Source of the DNA: a virus
Reading direction: 5' to 3' (one strand)
DNA length: 64,000 bases
Virus record (IMG/VR): IMGVR_UViG_3300042448_000646
Span: 57,957-121,956 of that record
The first letter of the stretch is position 1. Each line of letters starts with the position of its first letter. Of this stretch, positions 1 through 11,800 are shown piece by piece. The notes beneath the pieces were generated by a model that saw only the letters and a list, made by a program, of their open reading frames with translations, did not search any database and was not told where the DNA came from. The translations under genes were made by a program, and so were the position numbers.

Positions 1-1
1 T

Positions 2-1198
2 AGTACTGAGAACCTATCTATAAAGGAACAAGCCCCAAGTGAAGCTACTCAATTTGCTCAAGCTAAAGAAGCAAAAGTTATAAGTGAGAACATCCCACCG
101 ACACAAGCAACTACAATTGCTGCTGTTGAGAAAATGATTGCTGATTCTAAAAAGATTCCTGATCCAAGTAAAGAAGGTTATCTTATTAATGGTAAACGTT
201 ATGAAAGACAATCTAATTTTGTTAAACGAGCCTTAGGAGATACTAGTGTTGTTACCGAAGACTCTATTGTTAATATGGAGATGGGAGCAGCTGTAGGTAA
301 CTTACTTGATATTATAGGTCGTGATGTACTTGGAGGTAATAAAATAAAGTCTTTGTCTGGGTATCTTAAAGAAGCTGAACGTATGGGCAAATCTCTTAAG
401 GGAGGTACTGGGTATAAGATTAACTTTACTCAAGAACAGTTTGACGAATTATTAGCAGAACTTACAGAAGTTAAAGAGGAATTAAATGCACAAGGATGGA
501 AGTTGTTTACTGAAGGATTGATTGTACACCGTGAGTTTACTGAAAAAGAAAAAGAAGAAACTGGCTATGAAGGTGTAGCTGGAGCAATGGATATCTTAGC
601 AGTAGATCCTGAAGGTAAAGTACACATTATTGACTTTAAGAATAAGAAGTACAGAACTCAAGATAAATTTACAAGTACTCTCTATAGTTCTAAACAGGGG
701 TATCCTTCTAACGTAAGCAAGTGGTCTATTCAACAAACTACCTATGCTATCTTAGGAGAGGACTTTGGGCTACCCGTAGATTCAATTAGTATCTTAGCAT
801 TTGCATCAGAGTATGCAGAAGCTAATGGCACAGTTACTATAGGTGGCTTAACTTTAGGTAGTAAGAAAGCAGAAGTACTTGACAAGCATAAGAGTCCTGT
901 GTCAACTAATTTGATTAAACTTGGATTTGATTCTAAGATTATCAAACACATTAAACTACGTACTGAAAAGCCTTCTAAGACACCAGCTGCTGCACCTACT
1001 ACTACTGAACCTGTAATTGCAGACCAAACAAACTTAAGTAAGCTAGAAGAGAATTTACCACAAATAGGTTCAGAAAATGCTGAAAACGTTTTTGATGTAT
1101 TAAATTTGTTAGGTATAGAAATGGATACATTAGGAGTAATTCTTCCAACTGAAGGAAGTACTGACCCTGATGCCCTTAACCCACCCCCATGTCAGTAA
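2..1198 (+). CDS. C-terminal part of a large virion cargo protein with a PD-(D/E)xK (RecB/Cas4-like) nuclease domain; 5' truncated by the window
   Basis: Frame is open from nt 2, upstream of the tracked ATG at 134; motifs GVAGAMDIL...HIIDFKNK...Q..TY; directly precedes the vRNAP gene. Confidence 0.7.
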   Translation, partial: STENLSIKEQAPSEATQFAQAKEAKVISENIPPTQATTIAAVEKMIADSKKIPDPSKEGYLINGKRYERQSNFVKRALGDTSVVTEDSIVNMEMGAAVGNLLDIIGRDVLGGNKIKSLSGYLKEAERMGKSLKGGTGYKINFTQEQFDELLAELTEVKEELNAQGWKLFTEGLIVHREFTEKEKEETGYEGVAGAMDILAVDPEGKVHIIDFKNKKYRTQDKFTSTLYSSKQGYPSNVSKWSIQQTTYAILGEDFGLPVDSISILAFASEYAEANGTVTIGGLTLGSKKAEVLDKHKSPVSTNLIKLGFDSKIIKHIKLRTEKPSKTPAAAPTTTEPVIADQTNLSKLEENLPQIGSENAENVFDVLNLLGIEMDTLGVILPTEGSTDPDALNPPPCQ

Positions 1199-1201
1199 AA
1201 G

Positions 1202-4200
1202 ATGAACGCCTGTAGTATAAAAGGAACTTCCTACGAAAAAGAGTACAGACAGATTTTGTCTGAACCTGCTATGATATTTGTTTGGAATGCAAACAATGAA
1301 CAACCTTTAGACAAAAAGAAAGTAGGAAATGAGGTAATAGAAAATCCTCTCTATACTGCTCTACTAAACCACCCAGTAACAAAAGGAGAAAGACAGAATG
1401 CACTTAAGTTAGTAGCACAAAGTTTTTTACCTGCATTTACTAGAGAGTACACTCCTAACGAAGAGGGCGACTATTCTTTAGAACAGGTGGTAAGTTATAT
1501 AGAGAAGAGACAGAAGCAAGCACAAGATCAAAGAGAGCAACTTAAGTCAAGTATTAACTTACCAACTAGTATGGCAATTAATATTCCAGATGGTGTTATT
1601 AATGAGACTGCTCGTCAAATATTCTTTTCAGAAGAACAAGGCCAAGACATCTATGACACACTTCAGTATCTACTAGGAGTAAAGAAGTCATGGGATGGTG
1701 TGTACAGTGAGTTAGTAAATCAACGTAATACTATTCTAGGTAGAGTAAAAGCAGGACAACACTTTTCTGAAGACCCTGAGAGATTAGCATACAATGAAAT
1801 CCTTGTACAAAACTTCGATAAGATTAAGTCTTGGTACGATTCTAAAGAAGGTTTAGTAGGAGAGGCAGAACTTGAAAGTCAGTTTGGAGATTCTGAAGAT
1901 TGGAAATCAAAAGACAAGTCACAAGCTCAAAGGGCATCTTCAGTTATACTAGGGTTAGTTACTTCACTACCTGCTTATCGTACTGCTATTCCAGGAGAGA
2001 TAGATTTTGAAACAGGAGAAGAGTATCAAGAAGTTACACAAGTTCAAGTTCAATCAAATGTAACGGGTCTACCTAAGTCAGGTGACTTTCAAAAGAATTG
2101 GAGTTTACTAGGAAGTACATTGTCAGGTATGACTAATTATTCTGATATGTATGAAGCTATTGAAAGTTTAGCTAGTAGATATCCTCAGTTTAGTTATTTG
2201 TTGAGCAAGATACCAAATGCTAAAATCCCTGGAAGTTTTAAGGATATTAGACAATTCTTGCTGGCTAGTGAATTTAAAAGAGTGTTTAGTGTACCTGAAG
2301 TTTCTTCTGTAGTAGTAGATGTTACATTAAAAGAAGATGGAAAGATTGCTACAACTCAGCAACTAAAAGGGTTTCAACCTGTTAGAAATGCCGTAGCTCT
2401 TTATGATTCTCAGTATTTTAGTTATAATCAAAAGTATCTAGTAAAAGGTCTAGAAGGAAATGAAGTAAATCTAGAAGGAATTCTTGAAGACTTTCAAGCT
2501 TTATTTAATGACTTAGGAAGTGCTTTGGCTAAGAAAGTTCCTATGCAAAACTTTTTATTCCCTACTCGGGTAGATAAGTTTGTGCAGTTTTTACAATCAG
2601 TTGGGTTAGGACTTAACAATCAAGAGTATCTTAAAAGTACTAACGTTAACGGGACTAAAGAATTTATACAAGCAAACTTAGATAAGTTAAAAACTCTTTA
2701 CGAGAAGTTAAAGATTGTTAGTATTGTAAATGAGTATCTAGTAGATGATGCTAAGATAAAAGTAGATAAGCCTCTTTCATTTCTTAGAGATACCATTCAA
2801 GATATTTATGTATCTAAAGGTAAAGTAAGACCTGACGTAGAAGCAGCATTAGCACAAGCTTTTGCTGATAATAAGTTACGTTACAAAGGAGGTGTTCCAC
2901 AAGCTATTGGATACTTAGGTATTAAGAAAACTGAAATTAAACCTTTTATCACTTTCTTTACTCAGTACGATGCCGAGTTTAGACCAAGTTCTTATATGAA
3001 CGCAGCGGACAAGAAAAAGTTTGTAAGAGGTCCTTGGTTTTATTTGACTCAGCAGACAAAAGTAATTAATGCAGTAGGCAGTTACGATGAGTTAATTAAC
3101 ATACCAGGTTTTGAGAGATTTGATTACCGAAAGAACCCAGATATTCTAGGGTCACTTTGGTTACAAAGAATGTTTGGATTACCTAGAACTAAGAATGCTA
3201 TAGAAGCAAGCCCTCTAGCTACTTATGTACGTAAAAAAGATACGTTAGGTAATCCTATAGAACTTAACATAGCCAACTTTGATGGTATGGAGATTAAGAA
3301 TTTTGGAGCTAAGTCAGGTAGGACAACTACTGACCAGCATCCAAATGATAAAATCTTCCAAGACTTTGCTAGTTTTTTCCAATCTCTTGAGATGGAAAAT
3401 ATACGTTTTGGAGATAAGACATCTGCGTTTACAGTACGTGCTTCTAATCCAATTCTTTCTGAGAAGATATATGTGGCTTTAAATGCTGCTGAAATGATTA
3501 CTCCTACAGAAAGAGTAGAGGCAGAGAAAGATTTAACCAATTTATTTAATGGATACTTAGCTTCAGAAGCAACAAGAATCATAAAGCTAATAGAAGAAAC
3601 AGGCAGAGGTACAACGTACGATAGATTAGGTAAGAACCTATTTATCTTCAATGATATCCTTCCTGAAGAAACATTAAATAAGTTTAAAAACGCTACATCT
3701 AAAGAAGAAGTAATTGCAGCATACACAGAAGCTACATCAATGATGTCTTCTGTTTTACAAGATTACTTTGCACAAGAGTCTCAGAAGTTAGTAGACAAGT
3801 TACTAGATACCTTTAGTACTTCTGTAAATATTAAAACAGGACAAGAGGTAACTCAAGCTCAGAGACTAAAGCAAACTGTAGAGAAGTTAAATAAACTTAA
3901 TCTTATAAGTACTCAGTTATTGCCAAGTGAGCTTAGAGACAATCCTCCAAAGATTACAGTAGAGAACCTACCGTACCTAGCAGAAATCTATTTAAAGAAC
4001 GGCTTTGTACATAACGTTGAGTTCTTGAAAATGTTTGTTGGAGATTTATCAAATTTTAATAAGACTAATATAGATGCTCGTGAAATATTTAAACGTATTC
4101 CTTTCACCTCTTCTCCTGGTAATGTATTCTTTTGGGATGAAGCAGCTCAAGAGTTCTTTGATAATGATACAAACCAAGATGCATTAAGTATTGCATATAC

Positions 4201-7200
4201 AGGAGTTGCTAATAAGTTTAGTCCAATTCTTAAAACAGTTGTCTATAATGATGTAAATACTTTTAGTACTGAATCTTACGAAGAGTATAAGAAAGTTTAT
4301 GATACTGATGACAGTTGGGATGCTTTAACTGAGAATGAGAAATCAGAATTTTCTGCGTACGTAAATAAAAGTGACGAAGAAGCCAATGCTCAAGGAGTAA
4401 TTACTCTAGACTCTTACCGTAACTATCTACTAGGAATTAATCGTTGGAGTTCAGAACAGGAACAAGCATATAACAAACAAATAAGACTAGTAAAAATTAA
4501 TCAAGAGTTAAGGAACAATCCAACAAATGCAGAAGAACTATATAAAGAGAAGAATGAGATTGTAGAAAACTTTGGCTCTGCGCTATTCCCACCTCTTAAG
4601 TTAGGTCACTACGGAGCTATTGTAGAAGACCCTAAGTTAATAGCATTACATAAATACTCATTGATTCCTTTGATTCCTAGTGCCATAGAAGGTAAAGCTT
4701 TAGAGAAACAACTTGAGTTAATGTATAGGAACAAAATAAATTACTATACATTTAAGTCTGGTTCTAAGATGGCTCAGTATGGAGAGTCTATTGATTTCTA
4801 CAAAGAAGTAACTAACGAGCAAGGAGAAAAAGTACTTGTAGTAAATGACGCACTAGGCGAAAATAACGTTACATCTATTCACCTTGAGAACTTAAGAGAA
4901 CAGCAGTACCAAGCCCCTAAGTTTAAGACTCAGGCTACACTTGCTACTCAGATGATGAAGTTGGTATTTGGAGACTTCTTTGAGAATGGGGAGATATCTT
5001 CTGACTTTAGTGAAGGAACACAAAGACAGATTCAATCTTTGTACGATTCATTTAAAAACAATATTAATGACTTAGTTACTTTTGAAACAGTTAAACTAGA
5101 AAGAAAGTTAGGAATTAAACGCAATGAAGCTAGAGAAATTGTAGGAGTAGACCAGTTACAAATGGCTAGGTTCTTTGCAGAAGAGTTAGAGAATAAAGAA
5201 GCTCCTGATGCATTACGTAGATTTATTCAAGTAAACGAAGATGGTACATTCAAGTATCCTCTAGATGCAATCAATAACAGAAATCAACTAGAGAGTCTTG
5301 TTCTAAATGTAATTAATAATAAAGTTATTTCTCAGAAAATCAATGGGGAAAGTTACATTCAAGTAGCAGGTACAGGATTTGAGGCTAAGCGATACGTTAA
5401 ACCAACAGCCGAACAGTTAAAAGAGTTTGGAGCTAACGATCTTCAATTCTATACAAGAGACCCTATTACAGGAGAAACTTTACCTATGGAAGTTAAAGTA
5501 GGATTCAATGTTAAAAAACATGGAGGCTTACTCAATCTACAGTATGGTAAAGGAAAAGTAGAAACTTTAAAGCAGTTAAATAAAATTCTAGGATCTAAAG
5601 CTCCTTTAGATGTTGCTTGGAAAAAGAAGCACATGGATAAGTTAACTATGGTAGGGGTTCGTATTCCTGTGCAAGGATTTTCTCAGATGGAGTATGCAAT
5701 TGTTAAGGAGTTTTTGCCAGAGACTGTTGGAGCAATCATGGTTCTTCCTGCACAAATCGTGGTTAAGTCAGGAGGAGACTATGACATTGATAAGTTAACT
5801 TTCTTTGAAACAGCTTACGACAACAAAGGTGAGACTTATAAGAAAGAATTCAATATAAAGGACTACGAAAGTAAGTTAGAGAAACAAAAGGAATTAAAGA
5901 AAACCAAACAAGAACTTATAGCTTTAACTGAGTTAATAGAAAAAGAGATTGCTGACAATGACATCTTTAGAGAAAGAGAGTCTCTTAAGAAAGAAATTAA
6001 TGAAATCCAAAAAGAAATTAAAGAAGCTAAAGAACTCGTAGAAGATTTCTTGGATAGTGGCTTCCTAACAAAAGAAGATGCTACTTGGGCAAGAGAAGCT
6101 GCTTCTGATAAAGAAGATTTGCAAAGAGCTTTTGCAGACTTAGATAGTTTTGATAATGCAAACGATGTTCGTGTATTACAAACTATGTCTTTAATTAAAA
6201 ATAAACTTAGAGAACTTAGCCAAGAGGTAGCAAGTATAGATGCTTACAAAAAGAGTTTAAGTAACAACTTAGTAGACACTCTTAAGGGGGTGTTGATGCA
6301 AGGAGAGTTATACAATGCATTGATTACCCCAAATACAAATAGTGTTTTAACTCAGTATACAACTCCAGGAGAAAAGATAAGCACTACCGCTGTGTTCAGT
6401 CCTTTAACTTCTTGGAGAATCTATATGGAGAACATTCTTTCTAAAGATGCACTAGGTATTGATGCTAAGATAAATACGCTTCAGAAAGAATTCCAAAGAG
6501 CAGGATTGAAGATTACAGGTAGTTTACTAAAGAAGTATTACTTTGAGTCTAATAAAGACAGCGAAGGGAATATACTTTTAGGAGGCAAGAAAGATGCACG
6601 GGGAGAAAACCGTATCTCTAAGGTATTAAGTGAGTTTATTAATGGGCACGTAGATATTGCTAAAGAAGATTGGATCATCCTATTAGGATTAGATGCAGAG
6701 ACTAGCCCATTGGCACACGCAATGATTCTTACAGGAACCCCAGTAGAACAAGTGTTAGGATTGATTAACTCTCCTATCATTAAAACAGTTTTTCAGTTGG
6801 GTAACAGACCAGAGATTCAAAAGAAACTAGATAATATTAGACCTAATAAAAAGAAAGCAATTCTTGGTTTAATTAAAAATAGACTTACTAAAGTTACAGA
6901 CCCTGAGGTTAAAGCATTAATTGATGCTGCTCAGTTAGGCATTAGTAATTTAAAAGTAAAATCTACCAACAGTATTACAGATACTTTCGTAAACAATCTA
7001 TTAGTAAATCCTAGATTTAACAAACACATAGGCAACTTTAATCCTAAAGAAAGTTTAAGTGAGGAAGAGGCTGCTATAAGAGATTTAGCATACTTGATGC
7101 AGTTCTATGTAGTAGTAAGACAACAGGATAGTTTAAGAGAGTTAACTTCTATGAGTGACTTTAACACTACTAATTATAGAACTTCTTTCCAATCTGAAGA

Positions 7201-8767
7201 ATTATTAACAGCTAGTAGCAAACTAAAGAATAACTTTAACGCAGAAGCTATTGACTTTATGTTTAAAGACTCTGCCTTAGCACAGTTTAATGTAGGTAAT
7301 CTTGTTCAACAAACTATGAGACAGATTTATCCTCTATCAGATTCTAAAGAAGTCCATTCAGATATTTATACCTTTATGGAGAGGAAAGGATTGTTCAAAG
7401 AAGAGGAAAAGATGCTAGCGATTCAAAGTTACAAGAACAATATACTAGTCCCTTATGTTCTACTAAACGCCCAAACGCCAGAGAAAGGAAACTTACTAGA
7501 CTACTATAGAGGTAAGAAAGGAATATTTGTAAGAACAACTGCTAATAATATGGCAGAAAGATTCCAGAAATTATTACAGAATCCAGAAATGAGAAACAAC
7601 TTTGTCATGACTAACATCTACATAGATGTAGAGAATCAAGGCAAAGAGATTGAGTTTAAACTAAAGAACACTGATGTAGATGAGAACAGCAAAAGTTATA
7701 GAATTGCTTTCTTAGAAGGTTTAAACAGCCCTAATGCAGAAGTTAAAAGTTTCTTTGAAGACTTAGGTATGGGTTCTTACTTGCAGTACGCAGGTTCATT
7801 TGCATCTGGTCATGTATCTACTATTGTGCCTCACGAAGTTTATGTGAGCTATACTACAAATGCTTTCAACAAGCTAACAGAACTTAAAGATACCGATAGT
7901 CCTAAGTTTGAGGCTTACTTAAGTTTAGTTAGATTCTCTACTAAAATGGCTCTTGAGACTGCGGGACCTATCAAAGGTTCAAGTACATTCTTTGTAGATA
8001 ACTATGGGGAGATGGCTAAGACCATTACTGGATTAAGCCCAGAAGTACTTAAGGTATATAAGAACAGAGAAAACCTCACCTCAGGTAAAGTAGAACCTGT
8101 GCAGCAATCTACTGCAGTTAATTCTTTAGTAGAGGCAGGAGTTAAGCCTACTGATATGGCAGGTAATGCTGCTAAAGATATACAGATGGCTTCTGAGTCT
8201 ACTCAGTTTATTGGCTTCCAATCAGGAACTGCTACAGTAAGTTCTACCAATAAATACAAAGAAGCTTGGGGAAATAAAGCAAACACAGGAAACTACACAG
8301 CAAATGATGTAGTGATGGTTTCAGGTAGTGGTTTATTTAGGGGAGTTACTGAAGCTCAGATAAAAGAAACTTTAACTAATCAATACAAACCTTTGTTAGA
8401 ACAGGCTATTGCTGCTGGTGCTTCTTTTAGAGTAGGTAATCAATATGCTAAAGGAAATCTTTCCGATCAGTTAATTGCTCAGTATCTAAAAACTAAAGGA
8501 TATCAAGAAGAGAAATTTGATGGGTATTCTAGATGGACTCCTGAAGTTACTGAAACAAGTCAACAGACTCAAGCAGAAGTTATAGAAAACTTTGAAGAAG
8601 ATTCTGATGTTACGGATACCAATGTGCCCAATACTCCGACACAGTTTCCTCCAACGAAAACAGATGCCATTCAACTTACCTTAAAGTTAGACCCTGATCA
8701 GAAAGATGATGATAAGGGTAACTTAGATGACTTAGGGTTTGAAGAAGATACCTGTGAGATAGTTTAA
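1202..8767 (+). CDS. Virion-packaged single-chain RNA polymerase (phi14:2 gp66-like, two-barrel)
   Basis: 2521 aa; catalytic DxDxD in KSGGDYDIDKL (nt 5777-5791) preceded by VGVRIPVQG; middle of three giant ORFs, as in crAss-like phages. Confidence 0.9.
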   Translation: MNACSIKGTSYEKEYRQILSEPAMIFVWNANNEQPLDKKKVGNEVIENPLYTALLNHPVTKGERQNALKLVAQSFLPAFTREYTPNEEGDYSLEQVVSYIEKRQKQAQDQREQLKSSINLPTSMAINIPDGVINETARQIFFSEEQGQDIYDTLQYLLGVKKSWDGVYSELVNQRNTILGRVKAGQHFSEDPERLAYNEILVQNFDKIKSWYDSKEGLVGEAELESQFGDSEDWKSKDKSQAQRASSVILGLVTSLPAYRTAIPGEIDFETGEEYQEVTQVQVQSNVTGLPKSGDFQKNWSLLGSTLSGMTNYSDMYEAIESLASRYPQFSYLLSKIPNAKIPGSFKDIRQFLLASEFKRVFSVPEVSSVVVDVTLKEDGKIATTQQLKGFQPVRNAVALYDSQYFSYNQKYLVKGLEGNEVNLEGILEDFQALFNDLGSALAKKVPMQNFLFPTRVDKFVQFLQSVGLGLNNQEYLKSTNVNGTKEFIQANLDKLKTLYEKLKIVSIVNEYLVDDAKIKVDKPLSFLRDTIQDIYVSKGKVRPDVEAALAQAFADNKLRYKGGVPQAIGYLGIKKTEIKPFITFFTQYDAEFRPSSYMNAADKKKFVRGPWFYLTQQTKVINAVGSYDELINIPGFERFDYRKNPDILGSLWLQRMFGLPRTKNAIEASPLATYVRKKDTLGNPIELNIANFDGMEIKNFGAKSGRTTTDQHPNDKIFQDFASFFQSLEMENIRFGDKTSAFTVRASNPILSEKIYVALNAAEMITPTERVEAEKDLTNLFNGYLASEATRIIKLIEETGRGTTYDRLGKNLFIFNDILPEETLNKFKNATSKEEVIAAYTEATSMMSSVLQDYFAQESQKLVDKLLDTFSTSVNIKTGQEVTQAQRLKQTVEKLNKLNLISTQLLPSELRDNPPKITVENLPYLAEIYLKNGFVHNVEFLKMFVGDLSNFNKTNIDAREIFKRIPFTSSPGNVFFWDEAAQEFFDNDTNQDALSIAYTGVANKFSPILKTVVYNDVNTFSTESYEEYKKVYDTDDSWDALTENEKSEFSAYVNKSDEEANAQGVITLDSYRNYLLGINRWSSEQEQAYNKQIRLVKINQELRNNPTNAEELYKEKNEIVENFGSALFPPLKLGHYGAIVEDPKLIALHKYSLIPLIPSAIEGKALEKQLELMYRNKINYYTFKSGSKMAQYGESIDFYKEVTNEQGEKVLVVNDALGENNVTSIHLENLREQQYQAPKFKTQATLATQMMKLVFGDFFENGEISSDFSEGTQRQIQSLYDSFKNNINDLVTFETVKLERKLGIKRNEAREIVGVDQLQMARFFAEELENKEAPDALRRFIQVNEDGTFKYPLDAINNRNQLESLVLNVINNKVISQKINGESYIQVAGTGFEAKRYVKPTAEQLKEFGANDLQFYTRDPITGETLPMEVKVGFNVKKHGGLLNLQYGKGKVETLKQLNKILGSKAPLDVAWKKKHMDKLTMVGVRIPVQGFSQMEYAIVKEFLPETVGAIMVLPAQIVVKSGGDYDIDKLTFFETAYDNKGETYKKEFNIKDYESKLEKQKELKKTKQELIALTELIEKEIADNDIFRERESLKKEINEIQKEIKEAKELVEDFLDSGFLTKEDATWAREAASDKEDLQRAFADLDSFDNANDVRVLQTMSLIKNKLRELSQEVASIDAYKKSLSNNLVDTLKGVLMQGELYNALITPNTNSVLTQYTTPGEKISTTAVFSPLTSWRIYMENILSKDALGIDAKINTLQKEFQRAGLKITGSLLKKYYFESNKDSEGNILLGGKKDARGENRISKVLSEFINGHVDIAKEDWIILLGLDAETSPLAHAMILTGTPVEQVLGLINSPIIKTVFQLGNRPEIQKKLDNIRPNKKKAILGLIKNRLTKVTDPEVKALIDAAQLGISNLKVKSTNSITDTFVNNLLVNPRFNKHIGNFNPKESLSEEEAAIRDLAYLMQFYVVVRQQDSLRELTSMSDFNTTNYRTSFQSEELLTASSKLKNNFNAEAIDFMFKDSALAQFNVGNLVQQTMRQIYPLSDSKEVHSDIYTFMERKGLFKEEEKMLAIQSYKNNILVPYVLLNAQTPEKGNLLDYYRGKKGIFVRTTANNMAERFQKLLQNPEMRNNFVMTNIYIDVENQGKEIEFKLKNTDVDENSKSYRIAFLEGLNSPNAEVKSFFEDLGMGSYLQYAGSFASGHVSTIVPHEVYVSYTTNAFNKLTELKDTDSPKFEAYLSLVRFSTKMALETAGPIKGSSTFFVDNYGEMAKTITGLSPEVLKVYKNRENLTSGKVEPVQQSTAVNSLVEAGVKPTDMAGNAAKDIQMASESTQFIGFQSGTATVSSTNKYKEAWGNKANTGNYTANDVVMVSGSGLFRGVTEAQIKETLTNQYKPLLEQAIAAGASFRVGNQYAKGNLSDQLIAQYLKTKGYQEEKFDGYSRWTPEVTETSQQTQAEVIENFEEDSDVTDTNVPNTPTQFPPTKTDAIQLTLKLDPDQKDDDKGNLDDLGFEEDTCEIV

Positions 8768-8797
8768 CTTACAAAGTGAAGGGGTGCAAGTCTTTAC

Positions 8798-8827
8798 TTG
8801 CATTCCTTGTTATTTCGATTAAATTTG
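8798..8827 (+). promoter_or_regulatory. Bacteroidota sigma70-type promoter
   Basis: TTG(8798)-N19-TAAATTTG(8820-8827) upstream of ATG 8854; overlaps a hairpin at 8780-8808. Confidence 0.65.
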
Positions 8828-8853
8828 TATAACTAATAATACAACATTCTACA

Positions 8854-11800
8854 ATGTCTTGTTTTGCAAAAATAAAATCTCCACTCAACGGTAAAACTAT
8901 AACTAGTCCTGCCTACTACCAATTAACATCATTTTTTCCACCTGCTGAAGGGAGAAGAATATATGAGGCTACTACCACTATTAGTTTTAAAACCGAAATT
9001 GGTTTTGATTGGACTAAACGTCAACAAGGATACAGCCCTAAGCTAAACTTTGCTGGGGAGCCTACTTTAGATCAAATCAATACACACCTTAGACTAAACT
9101 TAAACCCACGGGAGATTAGGGCAGGAGAGCAAATGGATGAGGTAGCAAGTCTAGGTTACTTAAACAAAGGTTATGCTAATCCAAATGCTTTTAACCTAAT
9201 CACCAATGAGATTAACTTAAACCCCAAGTACAGTTTAATAGAGAGTGAGGTATTAGCAAGAGACGGCAAGTATTATCTGTCAGTTAAACCAGCTATCTCT
9301 GCACAGACCGCCTTAGAGTTTAAGCAGAGCTCAGACAAACGTAGTACAGAGAGTGACAATATCAAGTTTACAAAAGATTCTGTTGTTGCAGATGCGAATG
9401 GAAATCCTATTGTAGTATACAATAATACAAACGAACCTGCAACTAGATTTACAGAAGGCAGACCTACAGGTTTATTCTTTACTCCGAATGTTGAAATGTT
9501 TTCTGAGTATGGTGCTACTAAGTATGGAGCAGTTTTAAATATCAAAAATCCGTACTACGCTGCTAGTAATGCTATAAGAAAAGAAACAGACATACAAAAG
9601 TTAAAAGATGCTGGTTACGATGGTGTTATAACTCATCCTGAATATAAATTTGATAGATATATATCTAATATACAAAATGAAGATGCTGCTATAGATGATT
9701 ATATTAAAAATCAGAATGTCAATGATAATACCAAAGGCAAGGACAATAGAGATGCATTAGATTTATCTAAAGCTCTTGAGTTTATTGCTTTTGATTCTAG
9801 TCAAGTAAAAGTAATTAATTCGGCAGATAATAAATCTCTTTCAACAGCTGCCGCTGCAAAGTCTGTAAAACCTGTAAGTAAAGATTATTTAAGAACAGTA
9901 AAGTTTCCTGATATGATTGTTAATAATGTTGCGGATTTTTCCAATGCAGGATTAATAGAGTTGATGGATAACTTACTTAAGAACAAAGAGTTACCTCCTT
10001 TCCAACATAAGATGTTAGAAAGACTGCGTAATTTAATGAAGATAAATCCAACACTCAAACTTGCAGTATTCGATGATGCTGAAGTAGACGAAGAGTTCCA
10101 AAGGTCTTTTTACGACCCGAAGAGTAACACCATATACATTGGTAAAACAGTAACATCAGAATTTAATAAAGAGTCATTTGCTCGGGAGTTAATTCACGAA
10201 GCAGTACACGCTTACACGATATCAGCTTTAACCAATCCAGTAACTGCAGAAGAAATTAAATTTAGACAGGAGATGGAGAAATACATCTCTGAATATAAAT
10301 CTAAATTTCCTAGACTACAGCACCACTACGGCTTTAAGAATGTTGAAGAGTTTGTGTCAGAGTATCTCTCTAATCCCTACTTTAGAAACGATCTACAAGA
10401 AGCAGAGAGAACAAATAAAGACAAAACATTTGTAGGACGTGTTACAGAAAACATAAAGAGATTCTTAAAGAATGTATTAGGTTTAGGAGATACCTTGTTT
10501 GATAGAGTTAATCAAACAGTAGATGATTACTTTGACTATCTGGATAATCTAGAAGATATGCCAGACTTAGCAGGTGAACATGAACTAAGATTTAACCAAC
10601 CATATGCAGCACAACCTTTAAACCCACTTAGTGTTAACTTAAGTCAGTTCCAACAGTATGTTGATAGTACTTTTAATAGTTCTAGTTGGAAACAACTAAG
10701 TCAGGGGTTGTCTGAGATTGACCCACGTTTTGCTTCTATTGAAAGAATCAGAGAAAAATTTGGTAATATATCAAGTGCATCCTTAGCAAGTACTATTAAA
10801 TCTTCTATTGATTATTTAGTAGCAATAGAGCAGTTAGTAGATAGAGTTATTAAAGATGTTGACTTACATAGAAATAACTTAGGATATTATAGTTCAGAAG
10901 ATGCTGTATCAGTGTTTAACCATGCAATACACATAGCTGACTTTGTTCAAGAACAGATGGCTGCTTACAATCAGTATCTAATGCCTCAGTTGAGGATGGA
11001 ACAAACAAAGACTGACTTAGATATAAATCCTATAGGAGCTGCAGAGTTTAGACAAGAACGCAGAAGTCAAGTAGAGAACTTTGATATTGTTTCTCAAGAG
11101 TTAATTGCCAAGCTTAAAAACATTTCTGATAGATCAAACAGTTTGAGAAATGAAGCTAAGTCTTCTATCTTAGCTCCAGTAGCTTCTCAATTAAGTGAGC
11201 CTTTTAGATTAATTGCTGCTCAGTTAAAAGAGCCAAACAGTCAGTTGAATCAAGAGATTGATGCCAAAGAAAAGTTATACAACCAAGCTTTAGCAAACAA
11301 CCAGACTAAGAAAGCAGCTGATATGTTAAAGGACTTGAGTCAGCTTAGGATGTTTAGAGATTGGGTTCCTACTCAACAAAACATTATTAAGTTACTTCAA
11401 ACTGGTATGAACCCTCAATACACGGGTGCTAACTTCTTTACTATTTACTTGGGAGTTGCTAACATGACAGGCAGTCCTTTGGTTCAGGTAGTTAAAGAAT
11501 ACTTAGACGTACACTTAACTGAGGCGGGTAACAAGAGTCTTGAGTATACTAACAGAGCTAAAAAATTATTTGATAAAGTTGAAGCCAGAAATAAAAAGCA
11601 AGGTATTCGTTGGACACAAAGTATAGACAACTTTTACAAGAATTTAACTCGTGAAGTTGATATGGTTTACTATGACGCCAATGGTGTTCGTAAAGTAGTA
11701 AAACAACTTGCTTATAATACAAAGTTTAAAGAGGCTGAGTTTAGAAATGATTTGCAGGAGTTAAAAAGAAATGTAGACTCGGCTAAAAAAGGAGGAGTAG

